A DNA stretch of 64,000 bases from Candidatus Aenigmatarchaeota archaeon (lineage in GTDB: Archaea > Aenigmatarchaeota > Aenigmatarchaeia > QMZP01 > QMZT01). The stretch lies in the NCBI GenBank assembly GCA_026397315.1, contig JAPLVC010000007.1, positions 64,001-128,000 of the forward strand, in the 5' to 3' direction. The notes beneath the pieces are model-generated. The model had not been told where the DNA came from and made no database searches. It saw only the letters and a program-made list of their open reading frames with translations. Positions 1 through 8,135 of this stretch are shown here, one piece after another. Every line of letters begins with the position of its first letter. Position 1 is the first letter of the stretch. The position numbers and the translations under genes are program-made.

Positions 1-126
1 TAATTCCGTCACGTTCGCGCCGGATACCGTCTTCACGTCGCCGGGCGCGCCCCTATGGACGAACGTTATTTCCGCCTTCGCGAGCGCGCCTGTCCACTTG
101 AGCCTGTTGAGCGTCTCGAAGGCCAT
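1..126 (-). CDS. DUF504/MJ1316-like (UPF0248) protein, N-terminal part; runs off the window edge
   Basis: Manual translation MAFETLNRLKWTGALAKAEITFVHRGAPGDVKTVSG...; LNxLKW and (I/V)HRGAPG motifs typical of archaeal DUF504. Confidence 0.75.
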   Translation of the reverse strand, partial: MAFETLNRLKWTGALAKAEITFVHRGAPGDVKTVSGANVTEL

Positions 127-164
127 GTTTATTTTTGTCCCGGGGAATTAAATCCTTGGGAGCG

Positions 165-290
165 TCAGAACTCGAAATAAACGCTGAGAGCGTCGCTCTT
201 GCCGCATCTCGGGCATGCGCTGGCGGGCTTGAAAACTATGCCGCACTTGTTGCACATCCTCTTCTCGACCAACGCTTTTTCCCGGCTCAT
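165..290 (-). CDS. 41-aa CxxC...CPxCG zinc-finger microprotein
   Basis: Manual translation MSREKALVEKRMCNKCGIVFKPASACPRCGKSDALSVYFEF*; below the ORF-track cutoff; co-oriented between the metallophosphoesterase and DUF504. Confidence 0.7.
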   Translation of the reverse strand: MSREKALVEKRMCNKCGIVFKPASACPRCGKSDALSVYFEF

Positions 291-330
291 GAAAACAATC
301 CTTTATTTCTTTGCGCGCCGGCTTAAAAAA

Positions 331-1044
331 TCATTCCTCGTCTTTGATGACTTTTATTGCGAGCGTGCCGAGGTCTATGGAAATTATTTTCGCGTTCCCC
401 GGGTTGACGCACAGCGTGCGCCCTATCTTCTGCTTCATGCTTTTCGAAACTCCCGGCGACTCGTGGATGTGGCCGTGCAGCGTCAGCATCGGCTGCGCGT
501 CCTCGATGAACCTGCGTATAGCTTCGCTGCCTTTATGCTCGCCGTTGTGGAGCATGTCCAGCTTCGTCCCCAGCGGCGGCGCGTGGAAGACGAATATCAT
601 CTTTTCCATATCGAGCCTGGATGACATCGCCTTCAGCTCCGTGTATATTTCCTCTTCGGTTTTCTCCCAGTCTTTCAGCAGGAACGGCGTGGGATTTATG
701 TAAGGATATCCTGCGATGGTCCATTCTTTATGTCTGTAAGACTTCCTGTGAAGCAGCATCGCCGTCCTGAGCTTGCCTGCCTTTTTCAATATTTTGAAAT
801 TCGCCTCGAAATCGTCGTTGCCCATCATGATGAAGACGGGCTTCTTGGCCTGCTTCTTGAATTCTTTCAGGCGCGGGGTCAGGTAGAACTGGAGGAAAAA
901 TGCCTGGCCGCTCGGGTTCACGCCGGAAGTGATGTCGCCGCCGAATACGATGGCGTCTATATCGCTAGCTCTCGCAAGCTCGAACACGCGCTCGTATACC
1001 TTGACGATACCATGGACGTCCGTCACGTAGAGAATTTTCGTCAT
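331..1044 (-). CDS. Calcineurin-like metallophosphoesterase (Icc/MJ0936-like)
   Basis: DVHG, GGD, GND, H-x-PP and HGHIHE motifs; C-terminal VNPG. Confidence 0.9.
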   Translation of the reverse strand: MTKILYVTDVHGIVKVYERVFELARASDIDAIVFGGDITSGVNPSGQAFFLQFYLTPRLKEFKKQAKKPVFIMMGNDDFEANFKILKKAGKLRTAMLLHRKSYRHKEWTIAGYPYINPTPFLLKDWEKTEEEIYTELKAMSSRLDMEKMIFVFHAPPLGTKLDMLHNGEHKGSEAIRRFIEDAQPMLTLHGHIHESPGVSKSMKQKIGRTLCVNPGNAKIISIDLGTLAIKVIKDEE

Positions 1045-1066
1045 AGAATCACAACTGAGATATTAG

Positions 1067-1177
1067 TGGACTCGTCGGGATTTGAACCCGAGGCCTCTTG
1101 GATGCGAACCAAGCGCTCTCTAGCGACTGAAGCAGGCGAACCTGCTTCCATCGAAATTACCACTGAGCTACGAGCCC
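1067..1177 (-). tRNA. tRNA-Ala(CGC) with a ~39-nt intron in the D-loop (about 1119-1157)
   Basis: Acceptor stem GGGCTCG/CGAGTCC with G3:U70; anticodon arm CTTGG-TTCGCAT-CCAAG; T-loop GGTTCAAATCC; insert with hairpin GAAGCAGG-TTCG-CCTGCTTC between D-loop GGTA and GAGC; CCA not encoded. Confidence 0.92.
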
Positions 1178-1220
1178 GTGTCAAACATTATCTTATTATT
1201 CAGTATATATAACTTAAATT

Positions 1221-1586
1221 ATGCCCGTTTTCGTAGTCCACGAGCATAACGCTTCGCGCCTCCACTGGGACCTCCGCCTGGAGATGGACGGCGTGCTGAA
1301 ATCGTGGGCCGTTCCGAAGGAGCCGCCGTTGGAAGCGAATGTCAAACGCCTCGCGATACAGGTGGATGACCACGCTCTTTCTTATGGGAAATTCGAAGGT
1401 GTCATTAAAGAAGGGTATGGTGCCGGCACCGTGAAAATCTGGGATAATGGAACGTATGAAATCGTGGACAAGAAACCTGATAAAATCGTTTTCAAGATTA
1501 GCGGCAGGAAGATGCGCGGGGAATACGTCCTGCTGAAATTCAAAAAAGCCGACGAAAAGGAATGGCTGCTTTTCAGGAAAGAATGA
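1221..1586 (+). CDS. Stand-alone LigD-type 3'-phosphoesterase domain protein
   Basis: VVHEHxAxxLHWDLRLExDGVLKSWAVPK, DH, GYGAGxVxIWDxG signature. Confidence 0.92.
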   Translation: MPVFVVHEHNASRLHWDLRLEMDGVLKSWAVPKEPPLEANVKRLAIQVDDHALSYGKFEGVIKEGYGAGTVKIWDNGTYEIVDKKPDKIVFKISGRKMRGEYVLLKFKKADEKEWLLFRKE

Positions 1587-1689
1587 CAAAGTTGGTAAAT
1601 ACTTTTTCTAAAAATATCTGTTTTTAAAAAAATTGATTGACTACATGTTTAAACATAGGTTATTATTACTACAATTCCAGAAATCATTA

Positions 1690-2097
1690 ATGACCAAGAT
1701 AATTTATCTCGACACCAACATCTATCTAGATTATTATTTTGATAGACATGGATCTAAAAGAGCATTTGATATAATATTTTTTCGAGCACCAAATTGTGAA
1801 TTCAAAATAGTTGTTTCAGATTGGGTTCTGCGAGAACTTGAACTTAATGGAATTGGTTCAAAAGAAATGAAAACACTTTTCAGTAGAATTTCTGAAAATA
1901 AAAAATTGGTTACAATTTTTACAGAAAAACCAAAGGACATAGACGATGCGAAAAAAATATCATCGGATCATTTTCAAGATCCATTACATGTGATTCTCGC
2001 TAAGAAGGGTGGCGCTGAAATATTAATAACAAGAAATGTACAAGATTTCAACTGTTGTAGGCATCTTTTAGATATCAAGTTTCCTGAAGATATTTGA
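1690..2097 (+). CDS. PIN-domain (VapC-like) ribonuclease
   Basis: IYLDTN, E(L), DxLH and TRNxxDF acidic tetrad; AT-rich. Confidence 0.85.
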   Translation: MTKIIYLDTNIYLDYYFDRHGSKRAFDIIFFRAPNCEFKIVVSDWVLRELELNGIGSKEMKTLFSRISENKKLVTIFTEKPKDIDDAKKISSDHFQDPLHVILAKKGGAEILITRNVQDFNCCRHLLDIKFPEDI

Positions 2098-3240
2098 TGT
2101 ATCTTCCTTCGCAAATTCTTCAGCTATTTTTCTTCTTTCATCTTTCGTAGTCTTCTTCTCTTCAATTATTTTCATCAAAGTCCTGTATTTTTCAAATTCT
2201 TTAAACTCAGTTTCTTTCAATTCATCAACTTTGCACAGATCTCTCAAATAAGAAACGTATTCAATCGCTAACCTTTCATTTATTATGAAATAAATATCAA
2301 GATATGATTTGAGCGTGTTTTTGTCATAACCAATTTTTAAAAGACTTTCAAAAAGATTATATGTGGTTATCATATCCCACACAATTCGCATAGTGTCTAG
2401 TATTTCTGTCCTCAATTCGTTTATTTCATCAGATTTCATAGTTTTTAGCATGTAAATTGTAGTTGAAATAAAATCATTCAATATCTTTGCAGCATTTTCA
2501 GTTTCCTCATTTAATTTAAAATTAAATCCAATCTCCATTAGAATATCTCTTATTTTCAATTTGTTTTCATCATTTAATTCAATAATACCAAAATTTTTCT
2601 CAAATTCAAACTGTCTGAGATAGAGTAAATTTTTAGATTTTATATATTGTCCCTTTCTCATATACACCGAATTGTGATCTTTTTCTTTCTCAACTATTCT
2701 ATTTATGCATTCGTTTATCTCACTCTCATTTTTAACGGACGTGTAACTATAATCCTTTGTTGGGTCATATAATTTTAAGCAAAGTTCACCGAACCTGTAC
2801 CAAACTAATGGTACATCTAGATTACATTCCTGTACTATATCTACAAGTAATTTTTGAACTTGTGTTTTGTTAGGATAATAAGTCGTCTTCTCTTTCCAAG
2901 TTTCTCTAATTTTCATAAAAAGGAAATTTACTAAATTATCTTGTTCCGACTTAATCGGTATTCCGAAAAGCGTTCCTGAATTTTTTTCGGGAGAACTTGT
3001 GCAAGATTTCAAAGTGAAAACTCTTTTGTTTCCTTCTGCTCTCTCAACAGCGATTCCGGATTCTTCTAGCATCTCCAAATATTTGCGCACACTATCCCAT
3101 GTCGTTCCGGTTTCGCCGGCAACTTCATAAATAGATTTGGGGCCTTTTTTCAGGGATTCGATGACAGATTGAACAACTTCGCGGCTGGTCTTCTTGGCAC
3201 TACCCCTGCCAGTTGTCATGTTAATAATATTGGTAACCAT
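2068..3240 (-). CDS. Winged-HTH protein with central Panacea/DUF4065-like segment and helical C-terminus; putative antitoxin/regulator
   Basis: N-terminal SIYEVAxETGTTWDSVRKYLEMLEESGI HTH; KTQVQKLL...WYRFG resembles the DUF4065 QKLLY...WxxGP pattern. Confidence 0.55.
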   Translation of the reverse strand: MVTNIINMTTGRGSAKKTSREVVQSVIESLKKGPKSIYEVAGETGTTWDSVRKYLEMLEESGIAVERAEGNKRVFTLKSCTSSPEKNSGTLFGIPIKSEQDNLVNFLFMKIRETWKEKTTYYPNKTQVQKLLVDIVQECNLDVPLVWYRFGELCLKLYDPTKDYSYTSVKNESEINECINRIVEKEKDHNSVYMRKGQYIKSKNLLYLRQFEFEKNFGIIELNDENKLKIRDILMEIGFNFKLNEETENAAKILNDFISTTIYMLKTMKSDEINELRTEILDTMRIVWDMITTYNLFESLLKIGYDKNTLKSYLDIYFIINERLAIEYVSYLRDLCKVDELKETEFKEFEKYRTLMKIIEEKKTTKDERRKIAEEFAKEDTSNIFRKLDI

Positions 3241-3356
3241 ATTTAAATATCACCATATCAGCATAGACTAATTTTAAATAAGTAGAATGAATAAAAGCTT
3301 TATATACTTAATTGCAAATACTATATAGTTATTTGAGTATAGTAATGGAGGTAAAA

Positions 3357-3629
3357 ATGAGAAGAATCGTTAAAAGAGTAGTGGATGGCGATACTTTGGA
3401 AGTTAATCGTAATATAAATGGGACTAGATTTGTAAGACTCGCCAATGTAAACGCACCCGAAAGGCATCAATTTGGTGGAAGAACAGCGACAAAAACATTA
3501 ACCGGCCTTGTAGGCGGTAGATCGATAACACTAACTCCTGTAGCAAGGGACGTTTATGGAAGAGTAGTCGCCGAAGTCAGATGTGGAAGACAAAGTATCA
3601 ATCGTAAAATGAAGAAAAGAGGATATTAA
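3357..3629 (+). CDS. Minimal thermonuclease (SNase) family protein
   Basis: VVDGDT, VRLxxVNAPE and DxYGR motifs; GGAGGT RBS; lacks the usual C-terminal helices and signal peptide. Confidence 0.85.
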   Translation: MRRIVKRVVDGDTLEVNRNINGTRFVRLANVNAPERHQFGGRTATKTLTGLVGGRSITLTPVARDVYGRVVAEVRCGRQSINRKMKKRGY

Positions 3630-3651
3630 AAATATATCAAGGGAGGAAATC

Positions 3652-3804
3652 ATGATAAAAATAATCGCTATAGCAACAGGACTCGCAGCTGTACTTGGAC
3701 TTGGTAGCATTCTTCTTTCAAGTCTAGGCAATAATACTTGGCCTGTATTTTTGTTTGCAGCAATATTTGTTTTTTTAATCGGTATACTCGTTAAAAAAAT
3801 ATAA
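3652..3804 (+). CDS. 50-aa two-TM membrane microprotein
   Basis: Manual translation MIKIIAIATGLAAVLGLGSILLSSLGNNTWPVFLFAAIFVFLIGILVKKI*; GGAGG RBS. Confidence 0.65.
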   Translation: MIKIIAIATGLAAVLGLGSILLSSLGNNTWPVFLFAAIFVFLIGILVKKI

Positions 3805-3889
3805 TAAGATAAAAAACACCCATTGAAAAACATTTTGTTAGATTTGATAATTAAATCGTATTTTAACCAGAACGACAAAATATTTTCTT

Positions 3890-4426
3890 ATGATTGACAT
3901 TTACACGCTCGTCGAGGCCGTGTGGATTCTGTGGCCGGCGTACGGGGCGAACGGCCTGTGCATGCTCGCGCATGGGAAGCGGGTCATCGATGGCGGACGC
4001 ATGTGGCGCGGCAAACAGATTTTTGGCCCGGGCAAGACATGGGAAGGTCTGCTGTTCGGCGTGTTCGTTGGCGCGCTCGTCGGGACGATTCAGATGCTCG
4101 CTTACCCGTTCCTGCCATGGGAGCTTTCCCCGGTCGCGCTTTCGCTGGTCCCCATGACGCCGCTCACGGGCGCGCTCATAGGCCTGGGCGCGCTGCTCGG
4201 CGACATAGGCGGCTCGTTCATAAAGCGACGCCTGGGCATCGCGCGAGGCAAACCAGCGCCAATCCTGGACCAGCTCGATTTCATAGCGGGAATGCTGATT
4301 GTGCTGGCGTTCGTGTATCCGCTGAAATGGGAATGGGTCGTGATATTGGCGATAATGACGCCGGTCTTCCACCTGCTGGCGAACAGGATAGCCTACATAC
4401 TGAAGCTCAAGAACGTGCCTTATTAG
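3890..4426 (+). CDS. carS: CDP-archaeol synthase
   Basis: PAYxAN, IDGG, GxGKTWEG, GDxxGSFIKRRLG and LDQLDF motifs. Confidence 0.92.
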   Translation: MIDIYTLVEAVWILWPAYGANGLCMLAHGKRVIDGGRMWRGKQIFGPGKTWEGLLFGVFVGALVGTIQMLAYPFLPWELSPVALSLVPMTPLTGALIGLGALLGDIGGSFIKRRLGIARGKPAPILDQLDFIAGMLIVLAFVYPLKWEWVVILAIMTPVFHLLANRIAYILKLKNVPY

Positions 4427-4447
4427 AAAGATAAAAAATTACTCAAT

Positions 4448-4606
4448 TTACTTCTTTTTTGCGAGCCTGATTAATTTTTTGACCTTGGAAGCCTTGCTCT
4501 TGTTGCTGGGGCCCCTGCCTTTGTTCTTCACGTGCTTTAATTTTTTATGCGTCTTGTGCACCTTTTTCTTCAGCGGTTTCCTGGAAACTTTTTTTCTTTT
4601 GACCAT
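4448..4606 (-). CDS. 52-aa extremely basic protein (21 Lys, 4 Arg, no acidic residues)
   Basis: MVKRKKVSRKPLKKKVHK...LAKKK; alternative start at 4612; directly downstream of the structured RNA. Confidence 0.6.
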   Translation of the reverse strand: MVKRKKVSRKPLKKKVHKTHKKLKHVKNKGRGPSNKSKASKVKKLIRLAKKK

Positions 4607-4628
4607 CTGCATCCCTGATAAACAAATA

Positions 4629-4851
4629 GCTGACAACTGGACTCGGTGAAAGAGTTCCTCAAACAACCATCGATTGCATTCTTAACCTACCGACGTGCTT
4701 TAGAGGTGATCTCATTCGCGCCATACAGAAGCTTAACAAGCGCAGGTTTCGTGCGGTGAGTTATAGTCCAGACACCACATTAATGGCTGAGCGCCTGACA
4801 GAGGCCTATATGGACACATCCTTTTCAGGACAACCGAAATGTCCTGTCAGC
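4629..4851 (-). ncRNA. Putative structured non-coding RNA, family not recognised
   Basis: 7-bp terminal stem GCTGACA/TGTCAGC; several internal helices with G.U pairs mostly valid on the minus strand; GC-balanced within AT-rich intergenic DNA; TATA-like element about 25-30 nt upstream. Confidence 0.6.
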
Positions 4852-4872
4852 AGAGATAATTATATGATGTGA

Positions 4873-4885
4873 TATATATATTTAT
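4873..4885 (-). promoter_or_regulatory. TATA-like box for the putative ncRNA/basic protein transcript
   Basis: ATAAATATATATA on the minus strand about 25-30 nt upstream of 4851. Confidence 0.5.
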
Positions 4886-5100
4886 CTGACTACTTATTGG
4901 TCAATAAAACACAACGCATTTAAAGTAAAAAACGATATGCATCGACCAATAAATTCCGGCTAATAGCGATTTTTTATTTTTCCAAAATATATAATCCAAA
5001 AGTTAAATTCGTTATAAACACATAATAGCGCTTCCTGTTTAAATATTTATGCGTTATTCAATTTGTTTTTTAACCACGATTGTAAAATATTATTGTCTTT

Positions 5101-5697
5101 ATGCAGGGGAAGTTCATCGTCTTTGAGGGAATCGATAAGTCGGGCAAGCACACGCAATCGCGCATGCTCTTCGAATACCTGCGCAGACGCGGAGAGCGGG
5201 TGATGTATACTGAAGAGCCGACTGCGGACAACCCCGCCGGGCGCGCTATAAAGGATTGGTTGGCAGGAAAGTTCGAGCTGAAGAGCGGCGAGGCGATAAC
5301 GCTTTTGTATACTGCTGACAGATACGAACATCTTAAACAAACGATACTGCCGTCGCTGGAAAAAGGCATGACGGTGATTTCGGACCGATACTTCTATTCG
5401 ACAATCGCCTACGAGTCGGCGATATTCAACGTCGACCCGAAATGGATACGCGAGCTGCACGAGAAGGCACGCAGGCCGGACGTCGTGATATTCATCGACA
5501 TCGCGCCGGAGATATCGCTCAAGCGGCGACGCGCCCGCCCGGACGACAGGCTGGAGAAGGTCGAACTTCTTACTAAGGTCAGGGAAGCATACAAGAAGAT
5601 GATGGATGAAGAGCGTTTCTTCACCGTCGACGGGAACCGGACGAAAGAGGACGTCTTTGCCGACGTGAAAAAAATCATCGACAGAATTTTGGCCTGA
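5101..5697 (+). CDS. tmk: Thymidylate kinase
   Basis: FIVFEGIDxSGK P-loop, EP, DR and DRYxYSxxAY motifs. Confidence 0.95.
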   Translation: MQGKFIVFEGIDKSGKHTQSRMLFEYLRRRGERVMYTEEPTADNPAGRAIKDWLAGKFELKSGEAITLLYTADRYEHLKQTILPSLEKGMTVISDRYFYSTIAYESAIFNVDPKWIRELHEKARRPDVVIFIDIAPEISLKRRRARPDDRLEKVELLTKVREAYKKMMDEERFFTVDGNRTKEDVFADVKKIIDRILA

Positions 5698-5783
5698 AAC
5701 GTCTCCTGCCCAACAGGCCGGATTGAAAGTGACGTAAAAACCAATAAATACAAAGACTGGTAAAATTAGGTTATCTGAGGCGT

Positions 5784-6536
5784 ATGTTCTCAAAGGTTTT
5801 CATCGCATGGAAGAGGGATTACGGCGAGCAGATTGTTCTGAGGGTATGCTCCATACTGCGCGAAGCGGGCGTACCATACGCGTTTCACGAGCCGGAAGAC
5901 TGCGATTTCGCGATAACGGTCGGCGGCGACGGCACGGTTCTCATGTTCCAGTCATCGCTGGAATGTCCCATTCTCGGCATAAACCCGGGCAAGTCTGTAG
6001 GCTTTTACACGACAGCGAATGCCAGGGACTTCGAGGCTAAACTGAAAAGGCTGCTTAACGGGAAAGAGGGCAAGGACTATTTCATCAGGGAGTTCACCAG
6101 GATAGAGGCAATGCTGAACAGGAAGCTTCTGCCTTTCAGAGCGCTCAACGAAATCCTCGTTTCACCCATATTCGTCAGGAGAATGCTGAACTCCAGCCTG
6201 GAAACAGGTGGCAGGAAATCGTTCGAAAGAAACTCGGGCATACTGGTTTACACGCCGAGCGGCTCAAACGCCTTCGCCAAATCAACCGGTGCGAAGCCAC
6301 TGGGCACGAACGGCCATTTCGGCGTGGCTGCAATCGCTCCGTACGCCGGAAGACTGAAGAAAAACATCGTCCTGGACAAGGGTCATGTCATGATAACATG
6401 TCTCAACGACGAAGGCGAAGTCTGCTTCGACGGCCAGGAAGACCAGGTCTCCCGCATAAAAGAGAATGACGTCATCTTCGCGAGGAAGAGCGACAAGCCT
6501 GCCAAAATCGTCTGCTTCTCAAAAAAGAAAGCGTGA
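5784..6536 (+). CDS. nadK: NAD(+) kinase family protein
   Basis: GGDGT, GIN, ALNE and TPxGSxAF motifs. Confidence 0.85.
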   Translation: MFSKVFIAWKRDYGEQIVLRVCSILREAGVPYAFHEPEDCDFAITVGGDGTVLMFQSSLECPILGINPGKSVGFYTTANARDFEAKLKRLLNGKEGKDYFIREFTRIEAMLNRKLLPFRALNEILVSPIFVRRMLNSSLETGGRKSFERNSGILVYTPSGSNAFAKSTGAKPLGTNGHFGVAAIAPYAGRLKKNIVLDKGHVMITCLNDEGEVCFDGQEDQVSRIKENDVIFARKSDKPAKIVCFSKKKA

Positions 6537-6572
6537 AGCGCCGGAAAACAATGGCGCGTTCTGTAAATCAAA

Positions 6573-7862
6573 TCAGTATCTTCTGCCGCGACTTTCGCTT
6601 CTGCTGTGGCCTGACGGGCTGCGGTAGCCGCCATGGCTTCCGCCGCGATGGCCTTCGTGGCCTCCGCGACCGTATCCGCTGCTGCGTTGGCCGTAGCGCT
6701 GGCCCTGGTGACCTTCCCTGCGCTCGCGGCCTGCGTGCGGGTTGAACGGAATCCTTCTGAAGTCGGGTCGCTCGCCAGCAACTATGTTCATCTCCGGGTT
6801 TTCGCGCAATATGCGGCGGAAATTATCGTAGTCGCCGTCGGACAGTATCGTTATCGCGAGACCTGATTTGCCTGCGCGCGCGGTCCTGCCAACCCTGTGG
6901 ATGTAGTCATCGCGTTTCTCCGGAACGTCGTAGTTGAACACGTGCGTTATGCCCTTTATATCAAGGCCGCGGGAGGCGACATCAGTAGCGATGAGCACTT
7001 GCACTTGGCCTGCGTGCGTCTCGCCTATTATGCGCTCTCGCTTGTTCTGCTCGAGGCCGCCGTGTATCACTTTGGCGTCGATTCCCTGTATCTGCAGGTT
7101 CTTCGCCACAGCATCCGCTGTGTGTCGCCTTCCGCAGAATACGAGAGCGAGCTTCGGCTTCTCATGCTGCAAAAGGTGCACGAATAACGAGAACTTCTCG
7201 TTCTCCTGCACATCGTAATATATTTGGTGTAGCAGTTCCGGCTTCACGTGACGTTCGGTCTCTATGCTGACCGGTTTCTCCATGTAACGCTGGCTTATGC
7301 GGAAGACCGGACCGGGCATCGTGGCGCTGAAAAGCATCGTCTGTCGTTGTCGCGACGTGTGGCGGATTATGCGCTCGACGTCGTCGATGAAACCCATGTC
7401 CAGCATGCGATCCGCTTCGTCGAGGACGAGATATTTCACGTGCGACAGGTTTATAGTCCTGCGTTCGAGGTGGTCCAGTAACCTGCCAGGCGTTCCTACC
7501 ACAATGCTCGCTGTTTTAAGCGCCTGTATCTGCGACTCGATGGGCACGCCTCCGTAGACGCTCGCGACCTCGGCCATCCTGTAGTCCGTCAGCTTGACGA
7601 ACTCCTTCATTATCTGGTTTGCCAGCTCCCTCGTCGGCGTTACTACCAGCGCCTGGACACCCTTGCCATGCTCCACCTTTTCTATGATGGGTATCGCAAA
7701 AGCAAGCGTTTTCCCGGAGCCGGTTTCCGACTGGGCTATGACATCCTTCCCCTCTTTTATGAGGGGTATGCACTCCTTCTGTATAAGCGTCGGCTTCTCG
7801 AAGCCCGCCTTCTTGAGAATATCAAGTATTCTCGGTTCTATTCCTAATTTTTCAAATGACAT
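6573..7862 (-). CDS. DEAD-box RNA helicase with Gly/Arg-rich tail
   Basis: TGSGKT, PTRELA, DEAD, SAT, RGLD and HRVGRTAR motifs. Confidence 0.96.
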   Translation of the reverse strand: MSFEKLGIEPRILDILKKAGFEKPTLIQKECIPLIKEGKDVIAQSETGSGKTLAFAIPIIEKVEHGKGVQALVVTPTRELANQIMKEFVKLTDYRMAEVASVYGGVPIESQIQALKTASIVVGTPGRLLDHLERRTINLSHVKYLVLDEADRMLDMGFIDDVERIIRHTSRQRQTMLFSATMPGPVFRISQRYMEKPVSIETERHVKPELLHQIYYDVQENEKFSLFVHLLQHEKPKLALVFCGRRHTADAVAKNLQIQGIDAKVIHGGLEQNKRERIIGETHAGQVQVLIATDVASRGLDIKGITHVFNYDVPEKRDDYIHRVGRTARAGKSGLAITILSDGDYDNFRRILRENPEMNIVAGERPDFRRIPFNPHAGRERREGHQGQRYGQRSSGYGRGGHEGHRGGSHGGYRSPSGHSRSESRGRRY

Positions 7863-8135
7863 CTATATCACTCCTTTTAAGCATGTAAACTTTTTGCAGT
7901 AAACGTTGTTTACTTGGGTTTACAGTTGTCAAAGACGAAAACAGAATTAGTATTCATCGCCAAGAGGCGGATGATCCCAACGCCGTTTTTCGCATTGTGC
8001 TTTGTTAATTAATATAGTGCATATTTATAAAGGTTAAAGCCTGCCTATCCCGCCTGGTCCGGCCATGGCGACGAACGCGACTACTGACGGGCTGGACTCA
8101 GTTTTTATATCAGAATAGACTATTTGTATATTATT

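Noticed and set aside
730-1212. 160-aa plus-strand ORF
   Set aside because: Antisense to the metallophosphoesterase and the tRNA; shadow ORF
1067-3870. tRNA-Ala as the integration site of the AT-rich island
   Set aside because: The island lies on the 5' side of the tRNA beyond another gene; no duplicated tRNA 3' end and no integrase
4629-4851. Assignment of the structured RNA to RNase P, SRP RNA or a group I intron
   Set aside because: Only fragments resemble the consensus motifs (ACAGAAGCTTA and ATAGTCC on plus, GAGGAA on minus); they are in the wrong order or on inconsistent strands, and no SRP helix-8 motif is present
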